The translations under genes were made by a program, and so were the position numbers. Positions 11,561-25,702 of a stretch of 64,000 nucleotides of DNA are shown here, piece after piece (the stretch's first letter is position 1; every line of letters begins with the position of its first letter). Source of the DNA: Lophium mytilinum. Lineage: Eukaryota. The notes below the pieces were generated by a model that was not told where the DNA came from, did not search any database, and saw only the letters and a program-made list of their open reading frames with translations. The DNA is taken from contig MU004187.1 of the NCBI GenBank assembly GCA_010093605.1, positions 1,850,882 to 1,914,881 on the forward strand. The letters run 5' to 3'.

Positions 11561-14500
11561 GTTGATAGACGCAGGAAAAGAGGCGGAACTATAACGGGAC
11601 AGATAATAGGGACGCTGTGGGGTATTTACGCCGCCGTGCTCGGGACTAACCGAAACGCCTCCCACACTTGCCCAGCAAACTGGAAGGCTCCCGGCGCCAG
11701 AGGAGGTAATGGCCAATAGAAAACAGAGATGGGCTAATGCATCTCGCGCTTGGCTCGTTTGAAGAGGCGGATAGTAATTGACCGCTTAGACCAGTGCTGC
11801 CGACCAGAGTCGTCGACAGAAGAGCCTATTCGCGGTGCGACAGGCCCCCTGGGATGCCAGCCGATGGTCCCGAATAATCCTGGATTTTGCACGGAGTTCG
11901 GCTGCTCCGGTCTGATTCACATCAGCCTGGCCAGATCCGCGAGCAGAGAGGGCGCCCACAGAGGCTGAAGCGAGCAGTGGCAGTGATGCAAGGTCTCGAT
12001 CGGCTCGCGATTGGGAGAAGCAACGGGCTCTTCGGGATAGGGGCCTCGCAGCGCTGTGCTCGGGAGGGTAGGAGGTTAGGTGCAGGAGGGTGAGGTGATG
12101 GGGGGAGCGCGGGACGAATAAACGCAAGAGAGACCTACCACAAAACTGACAGTGATGGCTGGCTGGAGGAAGAGGGCCACTCAGACGAGGATCTGCCGCT
12201 CACGACCGAGTGACGTTACGCTTGCTGATCGACCCCAGACCGATTGCCGGTGGAGATGCTGCCACAACCTCGAGCAAGTTAGATTTGGGGGGCCACAATG
12301 GATGCTGCTGCACGGTGCGGTGGAAGAGCAGAGGCAGGGCCGCTCAAGACGGACAGCAGGCGTCCAGCCGGCCCCCTTTGAGCACACGCGGAGGGAGGAG
12401 CTGTTTCTGCATGCTCTCCAACCCACTCGGGACGCATCCAGACGAGGCCGTGGAGGGCTCCTTGCTCGCTGGGGCTGCACGCGTTGGGCCGGGAAGCTGT
12501 GGCGTGCGGCGCCACAGACCGAGGAGCAGGGCAGCGTGCGTTGCCGCCATCAACGGCCGGCAGCAGGTTGATGGGCTAGGTAGGACAGCGTATGGTACTC
12601 CGTGGAAGCCCAATGATTCTCGTGGTGCGTGCGCGAGGCGTAACAAGCACATGCACCGGCGACCTGCGAAGCATACGGCATCTGGCGCCGCAGGCCAAGC
12701 AAGCGGCGAGCCGGACGTCGACCCGGGCGGGAAGTTTCAATTCTGACAGCTGCTCGCTGCTGGCGATCCCGTCCAGAAGAGCCCTTCGGGACGCCTACGG
12801 CCCTCCATGCTCACCACCACGCAGCACCAGCGTGGACCCACGCGCCCGGCTGCCGTCGTCGGGACTTGCCATGAGGGCATCAAAGATGGCATTGTCGCCA
12901 CCACGGCCAACAAAGCCGTCGGTCGTCTAGCAGCGCGGGGAGAGCTCGGCGGGCCAGGGTGCGGCTGGCAGGTGACGGATTCGCAGGAACACAGTGAAAG
13001 GACTTCCCGCCTCGTCTATCCCTGCGTGCATCACTCCCCTGCGGCTCGCGCGCTGGCCACGGGCGCCGAGGGAGGGCTTCTTTTCGTCGCCTGCACGCCT
13101 CAGCGTCTCCGAGGCGTGGACGGGCTCTGCAGAGACGTCGGTTCGAGGGGACGTGATAGGGCTGCGTGCACGCCATGCCAGGGGTCGCACTTCGAGGAGC
13201 TGTCCCGGCCGATGCTGGGTTCTTCTGGCTGTGGCTGTTCGAGAGCGAACAGGGTAGAGGAACGAGGGAACGCTCTCCGCGCTGCTGCAGCATGTCGGCG
13301 CCCAGACCTGATCTGCTCATCCCTAGGTCCTGGACGTGTCCGAGGGGCAGCGCCAGTCGCACCGGCTGCGCGACAGTAGTGTGGTGGTGACAAGAGCCGT
13401 CGGGGGCAGCTCCGCCAGGGGAAGATTCCAATCAGCCGTGGTCATGAGAGCCGCCGGGTGGTGGACGCTCGGGAGAGGTGCCATGGCGGGATGCCGAAGG
13501 ATGAGAGGGTGCAAGCCTCAGCCAGCCACGCCATCGTGGTCAATGTGGCTCACTGCGGGCTGCTAGTTCAGAGCCGGTACTGCCCTAGCCGCCCGCTGGA
13601 CACGCCTCGGCCACGTTTTCCCCACTGGCAATACATCGGCTGGAGAACTCCAAGCCCTGTACGACGTGCCACGCCCGTCGACCTGCAGGCATTTCGAAAT
13701 CCCCATCTGCTGTTGTCGAACTCTTCATGGCCCGGTCCAGACCTCTGCTGCCATCGTGGCCGCCGGGGGGCCTGCCACACCACCAACATCTGGGAAATGC
13801 GGTTGAGGTGTCGGCCCGCCTAGACCCTCCTGCGCCTCAACCGAAGTCGCGGGTGAAGGATTTGCCCACGGCACGCTCGCCGAGCTATTCGGCGGCGTCG
13901 CCAGAAGCGCTGTAGAAGGTGCCGCGAAGAAGCCTTCTCCAAACGTGCCGTCGCCACACACGCCATATTCCGGCTCCGTCGTGCTCGCGCTCGCGCTTGT
14001 CATCGGTGAGGGATGCCGAGTCATCAGTGCCTCATCGCAAAACAACCATCTTTCTGCCGCTTCCCATTCCGCGGCTGGCTTTGTGGTAGCTGCAGAAAGT
14101 CATAAGAAAGTGACCGCTCATAGCCGCCGTACCGCGTGAGGTGGAGATATCCTTCGCCTGGAGCGTAGCTAGTCCCAAGCGTCAGTGACCACATGAAGTG
14201 TGATGGGTGACGATCTCCGAGAACTGATCTGCGGATCTCCCTATCTTTGTGTGCTTCTTGCACCTGCGCATGAGCCTCCTAGCGGCTCGGATGCCTCCGC
14301 CCGACTCTGCCGTTAGACTGCTGGTCCCTTCATTGGCCTACGATCAAGCGCCTCCCTGTCAGATTTTCTTGGGGATCGCTGGTTCCTCCTGTCATCGGGC
14401 TAGCGCGGGCACTGCCGATTCGATTCCGGGGTAACCCGTTGCAGTGCAGATACCGATCCTCTGTAGCAGTGAGCGCAGATACCGTGTTAGCGGGACCCTT

Positions 14501-15617
14501 CGTCTACCCGACAGCTGCTTCATCTGTGTCTCTTGTTGCCCCCAAGCGTGCTCTACCTACCGAAAACGGAGCTGCGTGTCGGTTTGTGGTCACAGCTCCC
14601 GCGGACCTGCATGAAACACCAGACCGCTGGTCAGAAACGTAATCCTCGCGTGCGTCCAGGTCGTGCCCGAGCCTGAAGAGGAAGTCGATGTCCGTTTCGT
14701 CCACCATCTTGATCGTCGACCGGCTTCGCATCCTGTCTGCATGATATTGATACCCGTGCATCCACGCGCGAGACGAGAAGGAAACGCGGTCGAACGTGGC
14801 GGACGCCATGACGACGACCTACGGGCCCTGACCTATGAGACATTTTCGATATAGCCTCTCCCTAAAATGCTGAGATTTTACTCTACCTTCCCAATCAAGT
14901 TCTCGCCTCCGACTCGAAGTTGGATTTCCTACCACGTGAACACGTGACGTACCGAGATCTCGCTCATGCTCTTCGCTGAACTCTTGCCAAGTCGTCGATC
15001 CTATGGATTGTCGCTTCGGTCACCGGCCATTTAGGCTAATCGATGTCTCAATGAGCCTATGATAGCCATGCTGGCAGCCTTCAGCTTGTCTTTATCGCAA
15101 TGATCCCCTTGAAAGTCGGATGAGATTGAAAAAGAAAATATCGGTGCGGAGTGCGCCATTAATGCAGTGGGGGCTCACCAACTCCTTTCGTCTTGCCTTC
15201 TTGTCCAGTATGGTACTACTTGGTGGCATCGCAGGCTGGTCCGTGCAATTGCATGTATGAGCAAGGGGCAGAAGAATAGGGCACCAGTCTTAGCGATACA
15301 AAACACGGGAGGATTTCGGGATACTATCCCACACGCCTCGCGGCGCACAAGATGGAACAATGGCGGGTCCACCTGGGTAGGTACAGCAGCAGACGCTTTT
15401 CTCTTCTGGCTATGAAGCCGTTGGTCTTGTGGGGCGCTTGTCTCAGAGTGTCATAGTGCTTATCGATAGCTCGAGGTAACGTCGTAGTCCGTACGTGCTT
15501 TTTCGACTCAAAATCGACCGCAGATTTCCCTTTCGTGACTTGACCGCAGCTCTTAACGACCCAGGGCTGCTTAACGGCATAAGAAAAAGCCGAAGAGACT
15601 GCATCTTCTTTTCCTAG

Positions 15618-16783
<1,166 letters not shown>

Positions 16784-17305
16784 ACATGCTTCCCACTTCG
16801 ATTCTCTGTACATATTACTCTCTTGATTTCTTGATGCCCTCACTTCTTCCCGCTGGTATACTTCCACTTTTCCGTTAACATCTTCCTCTCTGCATCTTCC
16901 GGTGACTTCATCTTTTTGCTTTTCGCCTCTACTGCTAGTCGGTTTCGATAATCTTCATTGCTTGTCGACATTGCTGCTGGGATTGTCAGCAGTGTGGCAC
17001 CCGAGTCCTTGTTATTCGCCGTTACCGTCAGCTGAGTGAGTGTTTCGACTGTGCCGAACAATCAGTACAGTCGCGAATCCCTCAGTCAGCAGGCAAGGGT
17101 GGACACAGAATCGAGGGAGGAAGCTGGTGGTTCCCGCTCATCTTCGCAGTTTGTAGCGTCTCTAGGCCACCTCAGACAGTGACGGAAGGGTGTACGCAGA
17201 TTGAGGCGGCGAAGCCGGTGTTTTCCGCCTGTTAGCACCGTTTATTTACAGCGCCGCGCCCAAGCCCGAACTCTTCCCCTCTACATCATCAACTCCGCCT
17301 CAGCT

Positions 17306-18699
17306 ATGGCAGCGGCATTGCGCCATCAAGGTGCCAAAGCGAAGAATCGAAGGGTGAGCCGACAAATGGAATCCGAGTCGAAATCCGAAGAAGTCTTTCG
17401 CCAGATAGCAGAAGATAATGACATGCTCGCGTCGGAAGTATCACAATGGTACCTGCTCAATATTCTCGAGCCGGGTCAATGGTGGTACGAAAACTTCTAC
17501 CGCTCTTCTGATAAGGTTGGAGAGTTTCGGGCTTCTCTAGGCGCAAAGAGTCCAGGCCTTCCAAGAGGAAACATACGCAAGATTGACGACGAGGCCATCA
17601 ATCCGACCGAATGGTGGGTAAGTGAGGTCTTGACAGGATCTTAGAATAGGCTGAGAGCTAACGTTTGAATTCCTAGGACGACTTCCTCGAGGCTATCTCC
17701 GAAAGCTACACAAAAACCATCCAGGGTCGTCACTTGTTTTCTGTCAGTAACTTCGAGGCAACCTGGGCGCATGCCATCGATAGAATATACGAACAAACGA
17801 TCGAGAAAGGAGTTTTCCCCGCCGAGTACGAGAAGGATTCACGTGAGCGAATCTTCAAGATCCTTCGATGGACCTTCGAGGATCTGGAGCTTAAAAAAAG
17901 CGCCCTGCACACCTACTTCCGGCGCCCAGGCTCTCCCATCGAGGTTCCCGCTCAACAAGATGGGAACAAAAAGCGCCAAAACCTGAAGTCCTCGCCCGCA
18001 GCAAAGTCACCAACTCCAAAACGATACCGATCCGGCACACCGTCCAGTGACACAGCGTAAGATATCAATTCTTCTCCCAAGGCGCTGCACATCTATTCAT
18101 CTCACAGGCTACCCAAGAGGCGGTTAACAACAGTAAACACTGGGAAGCGTTCTAGCTAATGTGATCACTTACACAGCGGTAACCTGACCAACTCGAACAC
18201 GCCTGTGACCACACCGGTACGAGCGTCTGAGAGCCCACTGTTCTACCCGGAGCACTCCAGATTTCGTAAGCTACCGCCTCAATTACGGGCTCCTGTCGCC
18301 TACATGGGCTATAACACCCCAAGTTCGACTTCTTCTCAAGCTGACGCCACGATCACTAACTCAGAGGGGCGTCGTCATTTCGCTGTCGTACAGACCTCCG
18401 AGCACTTACGTGACAACCTCAGGCTGCGAGAGCAAATCCGTCAACTCGAGCACGACAAGGCCCAGCTTCAGAACGAGAAAGAGCACATCGAGAAGCGTAA
18501 CGCTGAGCTCGACAAGAAAGAGAAGCAGGCTGTGTGCGAAAACTCAGGTCTGAGAAAGCAGCAAAACAGCCTCTTCGAGCAGCACGCGGAGCTTCAGAGG
18601 CACCACCATCAGCTGCGCAAAGAGTTAGATGAAGAGAAGAGAAAGCGTATGGACGCGGAGGGCTACATCAAGGCTGTCAAGAATGTTCTTCCCAATTAA
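17306..18699 (+). CDS. Hypothetical protein with C-terminal coiled coil (multi-exon)
   Basis: Three colinear ORFs joined by GT-AG introns (about 17618-17675 and 18057-18176). The C-terminus is rich in heptads and in E/K/Q/L. No family recognised. Confidence 0.6.
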
Positions 18700-19301
18700 A
18701 GACCATAGACCGGAGGTGTGATGGACTCTGCTGTAAGATTGTCCTATCATGGGCACACTTGTTGGGAGGCTTACGGTCGATATGTTGGTGTTTGACAGCA
18801 ATGCGGCGCCATTCTGTAACCCCTCTTCCTCTGTATCAACCACCCCTCCTGGTCAAAAAACCAACAAACTCCCCTCCGTATACAATCAAAACAATGCAAC
18901 TAGGAAATGGTGCCTTAGCTTGACCGTTTCAAAACATGTTCATCTTTAGAGTGTACACGATGCTGCTAATGTCAGATCTGCCTTAATCCATTATCGAAAA
19001 TCCAGATCAGACGCATTTCTATTCTCTTGAACCGCTTTAGACTTGCTGAGCCACCTCAGACGCCATCAACTAAGAAGAACTAGATCTCCATCATAGCCTA
19101 ATCGTATCTCCGATATCGGAATCTGCTTACTATCTCTTATCCTACAGAATAGGCAATAATCCCACCTTCCGTCCAAGACTAACTACTCCACCTACGACAC
19201 GCCAGACTCCCAACTCCACCATATGTAAAGCCACCACCTCGCCCTACTCACTCCCTCCAATCCATCCAACACCCAAACACCCCCCAAATCCCTATACCAC
19301 T

Positions 19302-20386
19302 ATGCCCTCCAACCAAGACCCACCCCGACCCGCTTATCTCCCCACCTCTGCTACATCCCCTCTACATCCCCCATCCACCCTCTACTCGCGAATTGCCGAT
19401 CTACCCCCTTCCGCCCTCCGCCTCCTCTCCACTACCCTCATTCCCCCCCGCTCTGGGGCATCCTTCACCGTCCTCGCAACCTGCATCTTCCGCCTCTCCA
19501 CCCCCGAGGGGCCGCAGGTCGGCGATCTGAATGTCTGGAACCTGCACGATCCCCGGGAAAGGATGTGGGCAGCGCGCACGCGGCAGTTGCAGGGGAGTCA
19601 CGTGCGCGAGGGGGATCGGCTGTGGAGTAATTTGCCGTTTATGCGGCCGTTGTGTGGGATGGTTAGGGATGGGTGTGGGCTTGGGGGAAGAGAGGAGCTG
19701 GATAAGGGAGGGGAGGGGCTGGAGAGGGGTGGGCGGACGAGGTGGGGAGGGCGGTGTCATGATTTGCTGGGGACGAGGTGTGATCCTTATGGTATGTTTT
19801 CTGGAAAGCGTTTCAAAACTCTAGAAATTCGTTCTTGCACATTATGGATGTTGAAGATATGTGGATTGTCATGGAACATATCAGTTTGTTGACTTGAGGA
19901 GACGCTGCTCACACTGTTACAGTCAACCACATGCTCACTTCCACTGATTATGACTACCACTGCCACTCCAATCTCGTCCGCGCCGTGCTGCCCCACGGCC
20001 TCACCGAGTTCGACGTCCACGACGTCCTCAACGTTTTCCAAGTCACCGGTCTCGACGCCGACGGCCGCTACTTCATGGAGTCATCACCCGCAACGCCGGA
20101 TTCCTTTATCGATTTCTTCGCAGAACAGGACTTGCTATGCGCGTTGAGCACATGCCCAGGAGGTGATCTTTCTGCGTGGGGGTGGAGTATGGCGGATGAA
20201 GGGAAAGGCGAGGCCGCGGAGAAAGAGATAGAAGGTGGGATGAAAGAGACGTGCCGGCCGATCAAAGTCGAGGTGTGGGAAATCGACGAAAGTGTGCGAG
20301 CTGAGGTGTTAGCCGGGTGGACTCCGCCGCAGCGTCCACCTTATAAAGGCAAGCATGGTATGAGCATACCGCTAGGAGAAGCGTAG
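19302..20386 (+). CDS. DUF1989 (urea carboxylase-associated family) protein
   Basis: PEGPQVGDLN, RERMWAARTRQL, HDLLGTRCDPY, HCHSNL, DVHDVLNVFQVTG and LLCALSTCPGGDL. Intron at about 19792-19922. Confidence 0.88.
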
Positions 20387-20668
20387 GATTTAGATCACGT
20401 GGTAGACACTTTTTATGAGCCAAACAGTAATTGATAGTAAATCAGTACCCAACCCTTTCCAGTTCGATGCAATTTTGGTGCAATCATGCTTTTGAAAAGG
20501 CCCTGACCCGACGTGAATGCAAAAGCGCCAAAAAAAACGAAGTTTAAAAGTAATAAGAGACTGGTATCGAGAATGTAGGAGCCATTTTCAAAGCCACCTA
20601 GGATGCCTCACCACATGGTGCTTGAACTCCGTGAAATTAAAACCTGTGTTTTTATGAAGGTATCATGT

Positions 20669-22783
20669 TTAATGTGACCCGTTGACTTTTGTTTCTAGGT
20701 TCGCAACTATTTGGCTCAGGGGGTTTGCTCCTTGAGGCGTAGGACCGGTAGGTCGAGCGGGCGAGAGCTGCTCTGGCGACGGGATCTCTATTGTGTCTGA
20801 TCTCTTTGGTCGAAACGGGATAGGAGTGGAAGGTCGGCTCGAAAGGAACTGGTCATGTCAGGGAACGTACTTTGACGAGAGACTAAGATATCGGTAATAG
20901 AAAGAAGAGAAGAGAAAGGGCGAGGGTAAGTTTAAGGGGAAGAGTGAGGGTGAGTATAAGGAGAAGGGTGCCATACGGAAGATGCAGCTGATAGCATTGC
21001 AATTAGAGATGCTTGTACAACATCTTCATGGATACCAACGCCCCAGACTTTTTGGTTTGACTCTGCTGTGCTGCATTCGATGAAAGTCGCAGCCTTGACT
21101 CTGCTGCCTTCGCCTCGAGCGTGGTTTTGCGTAGAAATGGAGTGCTCTTTGTAGTCTGCGACGTCCAAATCAATGCCTAGGGTACGTAAGGCGTTGGCTA
21201 GGCTTGACAGAGCGCCATTTCCAACGCCCTTCACCCGATGTTCCCGACCGTCGATCTCAATGACGCCAGAGAATAATCTCCTCAGACTCCTGGTGCTCTG
21301 TGTCTTACCTGCCTCTGGTGGAGCTGGCGACACGGTGCGGTCTACAGTGATATCGTAGTCCACGAGATTGAACCTCGGATTCACTTTGAGATGATAAGCG
21401 TCTTCAAACAGCTTTGTGATCTCAGTAGGCAGAAGCTCGCGCCCAAGGTGATCTGTCTCCTTTTGGACAATTTTGGAGAATGCGATTTGAAGCCCGCGAG
21501 GTAGGTCCAGATCTAGGTGGCGTTGAATGATCCAAGCCACCCCACCTTTTCCACTCTGAGAGTTGACTCTGATGATAGCTTCGTATGTTCGGCCGATGTC
21601 TTGAGGGTCCAGAGGAAGATATGGCACTTCCCAAGGACTCTCGTTGTCAGCACCGATTTGTTTCCTTTCTTGGAAGCCTTTCTTAATGGCATCTTGGTGA
21701 GAACCACTGAAGGCGCAGACCACTAATTGACCTCCATACGGTGCACGAGCATGCACAGGAATCTTAGTGCTCTTCTCGACCACGTCGATGACCGACTTGA
21801 GGTCGGAGAAGTCGATGCCAGGATGTATGCCTTGGGTGTACATGTTCATCGCGAGCGTGACCAAATCCACATTTCCGGTCCTCTCTCCGTTTCCGAAAAG
21901 AGTACCTTCAACTCTGTCGGCACCACCCATTTGTGCAAGTTCAGCGGCCGCTACGGCGCAGCCTCGATCATTGTGTGGATGGAGAGATACGCAGATCTTT
22001 TCCCGCTCTGATATATTTCGACAGAAGTATTCAATCTGGTCGGCGTACACGTTCGGGGTGGACATCTCGACAGTGGCTGGGAGGTTGAAGATGATTGGGT
22101 TCTCCACGCTGGGCTCCCACGCTGCCTTGACAGCCTCGCACACCTCCAGCACAAAGTCTGGGTTGGAGTCTGAGAAGGTCTCGGGAGAGAACTCGTACGC
22201 CCACTCAGTACCGGCCTGGCTTGGGTCGTCCTTTGTGATGGACCTCGCATACCGCGTGCACTCGACCGCCAGAGCCTTGCTCTCGGCGTTATTCATGTTG
22301 AAGACTATGCGCTGGAAGCATGGACTGGTGGCGAGGTATAGGTGGAGGAGAGCCTTTTTCGCGCCCTTGAGAGAGTCGACAGTGCGTCGAATCAGTTCCT
22401 TGCGGCATGGCGAGAGGACTTGTAGCCACACGTCGTCGGGGACAATGCCTGGGGTCTTCACAAGCTTCTGGGTGAAGTCGAAGTCGGTCTGGGAGGCGGA
22501 GGGGAAGGAGACTTCGATTTCCTTGTATCCCAGCTTGACGAGCATCTGGAAGTAGGCCCATTTCTGGTCACCGTCCTACATTGCACATAGTTAGCGAGTG
22601 CTGAATTTGTATAGCACACTTCACACTTACCATTGGGTCGACCAGACTCTGGTTGCCATCCCTGAGATCCGTCGACAGCCATCGCGGGGGTTTGTCAATT
22701 GTCTTGGAGGGCCATTGGCGATTTGGCAGATTCAGCGGGGTGAAGCGACGATACTTCTTGGAAGGGTCAGCGAGCATCGGCAT
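20669..22783 (-). CDS. LEU4: 2-isopropylmalate synthase
   Basis: [64 protein letters not shown] and [11 protein letters not shown]. The last exon reads FLSSRPSTP...GSH*. Confidence 0.96.
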
Positions 22784-22899
22784 GGTGAAGTTATTTGAAG
22801 ATTTTTTCACGGGCGTTGTGCGAGAGAATGGCTCGCGAGGAGGGCGAAAGAATTTATTTGGCGTATGACGATTCTGCCGGCCCTTGTCAATCTGTTCAT

Positions 22900-22906
22900 T
22901 GAGTCA
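22900..22906. promoter_or_regulatory. Gcn4/CpcA (cross-pathway control) site TGA(C/G)TCA upstream of LEU4
   Basis: Perfect TGAGTCA 117 bp upstream of the ATG of an amino-acid biosynthetic gene. Confidence 0.65.
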
Positions 22907-24029
22907 ACCCCCCCTACCTAGTTAACTCAAGCCACCATAACAGTTTGCGGGCATTGCGGGGCAGTCCCGAAATCGCTACCAAATCGGCGCACGGCCCCGT
23001 CACTATCCACCGCTCTCCGGCCTTTTCTGCTTATGAGTCTGAAGTCTCGCTCTCTAATCCCCAGTTTGCTCCAACACCTTAGCCTATGCTTACCCCATGC
23101 GCTAATTCAAACACACTGCTAACTTGAGTGGAGAGCTCGCCATGCACCTCTGTGCCCTCCGAAGTAGAGCAGCAATCGCGTTGCCCCTTACGGAATATCC
23201 TCCGGGGAGAAATCACATATGAGGGCTGTTTAAGTCCTCCTAATATGCCACATCTATCCTCACTCGCGGCCCCGTATCCGCGCTGGCTTTCTTAAGATCT
23301 GTCTTAAACTCCCCTCGTCATGAGTGAATGGCTCATCCCGGTCCCTTTCGTCGTAAGAGGACGGAGAATGGGAACGTCTTGGTTCTTGTCGTCGCTCTCA
23401 AGAAACCCAACCAGCCGGCTCCCTTCCTATTTTTCAAGTCGTATCATTTTTCTTCGCGAACGAGATCTCTGTCTGCCAACTGAAGGTGTGTAGAGACGTG
23501 GCAGAGGCAACTAGTCTCAGCTGCGTACTGTACGTGTGAAGATACTGCTCGGGGAGCCAGCTAGCGTATGAGCATTTGCCGTAACAGGAAATTAATCAAG
23601 GCGCAGTTCTCGTACAAATCCTGATCCGAGCATATTTCCCTACTACGCGGCGAGATATTCATTAGTCTCCGGGCAAGGTTTATAACAATTAGGCTGCTCT
23701 GGAGTTGTCGTACTGGTACTAGTAGAGTGCCACTTTCATACGCACCATGAACGTACATCACAGTCTCAGAAGCATCTTGCCTATAGTATCAGACTACCGA
23801 CTCTGTAGATCTAGCAGTTCGGATTTCTATCAAGGAATCTGTGTTTAGGCTACCTTTGTAACAAATAGTAGAAGTAACGAGGTCAGCGTAACACACGTCA
23901 GCGTTCCAAGATTTTCATTCTACCAGTCTGTAAGCTTTCGAATCGCTGCGACCACTTCTAGACAGAGATGAATGCAGGCAACTATATGGTCCTCTTGGAG
24001 TCAGGTATGTCTATCACGAGCCTTCTGGA

Positions 24030-25310
24030 CAGGAGTGCAACGATTGTAAAATCCTCCTTCTGGGCAAAGGACTTATCAGAAAAGTACCTAAGCCACCCAC
24101 GAAAAGGCTAAAAGCCAGATCCTTTGCAAGAACTGGACTGGTGGCAAAGCGCTTGGGGTCGAACTGCTCTGGATCAGCGTAGAGAAAAGTCCTCATCGAG
24201 AAACATCTGTCTGTAAGGAATTATTAGTTGGGGCCCTTCATTGAGAGCCTGTCGTCAACGATGAAGACGCTGAACATAGCAGTCTCAATAGACGAGGCGG
24301 ATGTCCTGAGCATTTCCAGGTATGCGTTTCTCAGCACTGAAAAGGCCACGTCGTTAATTTTCAAGTTTTTCCACGTGTCCACGGTTCTCCCTCTCTACCA
24401 TGACTCTGCTCCTATCAAACCCTAATCTACCACGGAACCACCCACCACTGCTGACTCACCCCCCTCCACGGAAAACTATATAAGCCCGTCCTCCCCCCGT
24501 CCCTCTTCTCCTCCTCGCCTTCGGGCAACACTCCTTCCAATTTCCTAAAATCAAGGTCTTATTGCATGTATCGCCATATACTTTGTATATGCAGAGCACA
24601 AACCCGGCTCTTGTAGACTATGCTATCTAGACCCTTCCCCCGCTATGTATTACCCACTTTTGTCACTCCTTGGGGGCAGCGGTTCAACCCGACAGATACT
24701 TAGTAGGAGTCGATGCGCAGATGGATAAGAACTCTTGTGGATTTGGTTTGGCTATATAGGAGGTTTTTGACTCGAGAAGGGTTTTCCTCGCAATTATATA
24801 CTTTTCCGATCTAAGACTTGCCATGAAATGCGTGCTTTGAGAGTGTTTCCCATGTGTCCCAGTTGATGCAGGACCGAGTCGGCGACTCTAGCAAAGAAAC
24901 TTCGGTTAAGACTTATGCCCAGTACAGCGTCGTCCATTATGATTTGATATTAGGTCATTTCACATCTCTGCCTCCAGCATACGTATGGTATAATTGACAC
25001 ACTGCCCGAATGCCTCTTGAGCGGTCTCCTTTGCGAGCGCAACTGGAGTCTGGTACATGAACTACCAGTTGTGGCCGAAGAACTTCGCGAACGAGCCGAG
25101 AAGGGCTGGTCCTACCTCAAGCAAGGCTTCGCCAAAGAAAGAGCTCGCTGCGTTCTCCATCAACTCGTGCTGGAAAAATGATGTAGGATGCTACCACCCG
25201 CAACGTTCTTCATAACGACGAGAGTATCCGCGTCCTAGGACAGAAGGGTGATCATCTTCCGCTCAAGATCCAGACCTGATCTCCGCAAATCTGAATGCTG
25301 GGCTTCGATT
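24030..25310 (-). pseudogene. Decayed cytochrome P450 (fungal CYP7-like) pseudogene
   Basis: Manual minus-strand translation gives AASSFFGEALLEVGPALLGSFAKFFGHNW*FMYQTP, IRMLEAEM*, LYWA, the ExxR motif (AYLEMLRTSASSI, 24316-24305), LIIPYRQMFLDED, PERF-like DPEQFDPKRF and a degenerate FxxGG..LCP. It carries in-frame stops and frameshifts. Confidence 0.75.
24376..24694 (+). mobile_element. Candidate solo LTR or other insertion inside the P450 relic
   Basis: 319 bp bounded by TGTC...GACA. It contains CTATATAAG followed by a CT-rich tract and separates P450 fragments. No matching TSD is visible. Confidence 0.35.
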
Positions 25311-25702
25311 CTAGCACCCTGTTATAGTGTTAGAGCTGAGGCTGCAGACCGACGGAGATATCAAGGTAAACACAGAAGGAAACCTGAGTTGACATGTCTA
25401 AACTGCCTCTTGTCGTGGAACAGAAGACTTTATTGAGGATACGAAAGACTGGCCGAATGGCATTGCTTCTAGGATAGAGATCTCACCCAACTTTAGAAGT
25501 GATGTAATGTTGCTGGTAGTGTTTCATTTCTATATTCGATCGGAGATATTCTGGCAGGCTAGAGAATCTCCAAATACAAAAACATATACATCGAAAGTAA
25601 GATATTGCGGCGTTCGCAACGCTCTACGCTATAGGATGACTAATGCCGACAATTCTATGCTAAAGGGGTTCCCAAAACCATCTTTGCCTATACGCAATTG
25701 GC

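Noticed and set aside
11750..14850. Many overlapping 60-190 aa ORFs on both strands
   Set aside because: This is expected in GC-rich DNA. The ORFs are Arg/Ala/Pro/Gly-biased with no domains or coherent splice model.
21767..22555. 262-aa plus-strand ORF (and similar long antisense ORFs over the amidase, FRE, LPMO and CPS1)
   Set aside because: These are antisense shadows of well-supported genes with biased codon usage.
23010..23020. CCG-N5-CGG upstream of LEU4 as a Leu3/LeuB site
   Set aside because: The Leu3 consensus is CCG-N4-CGG, so the spacing is wrong.
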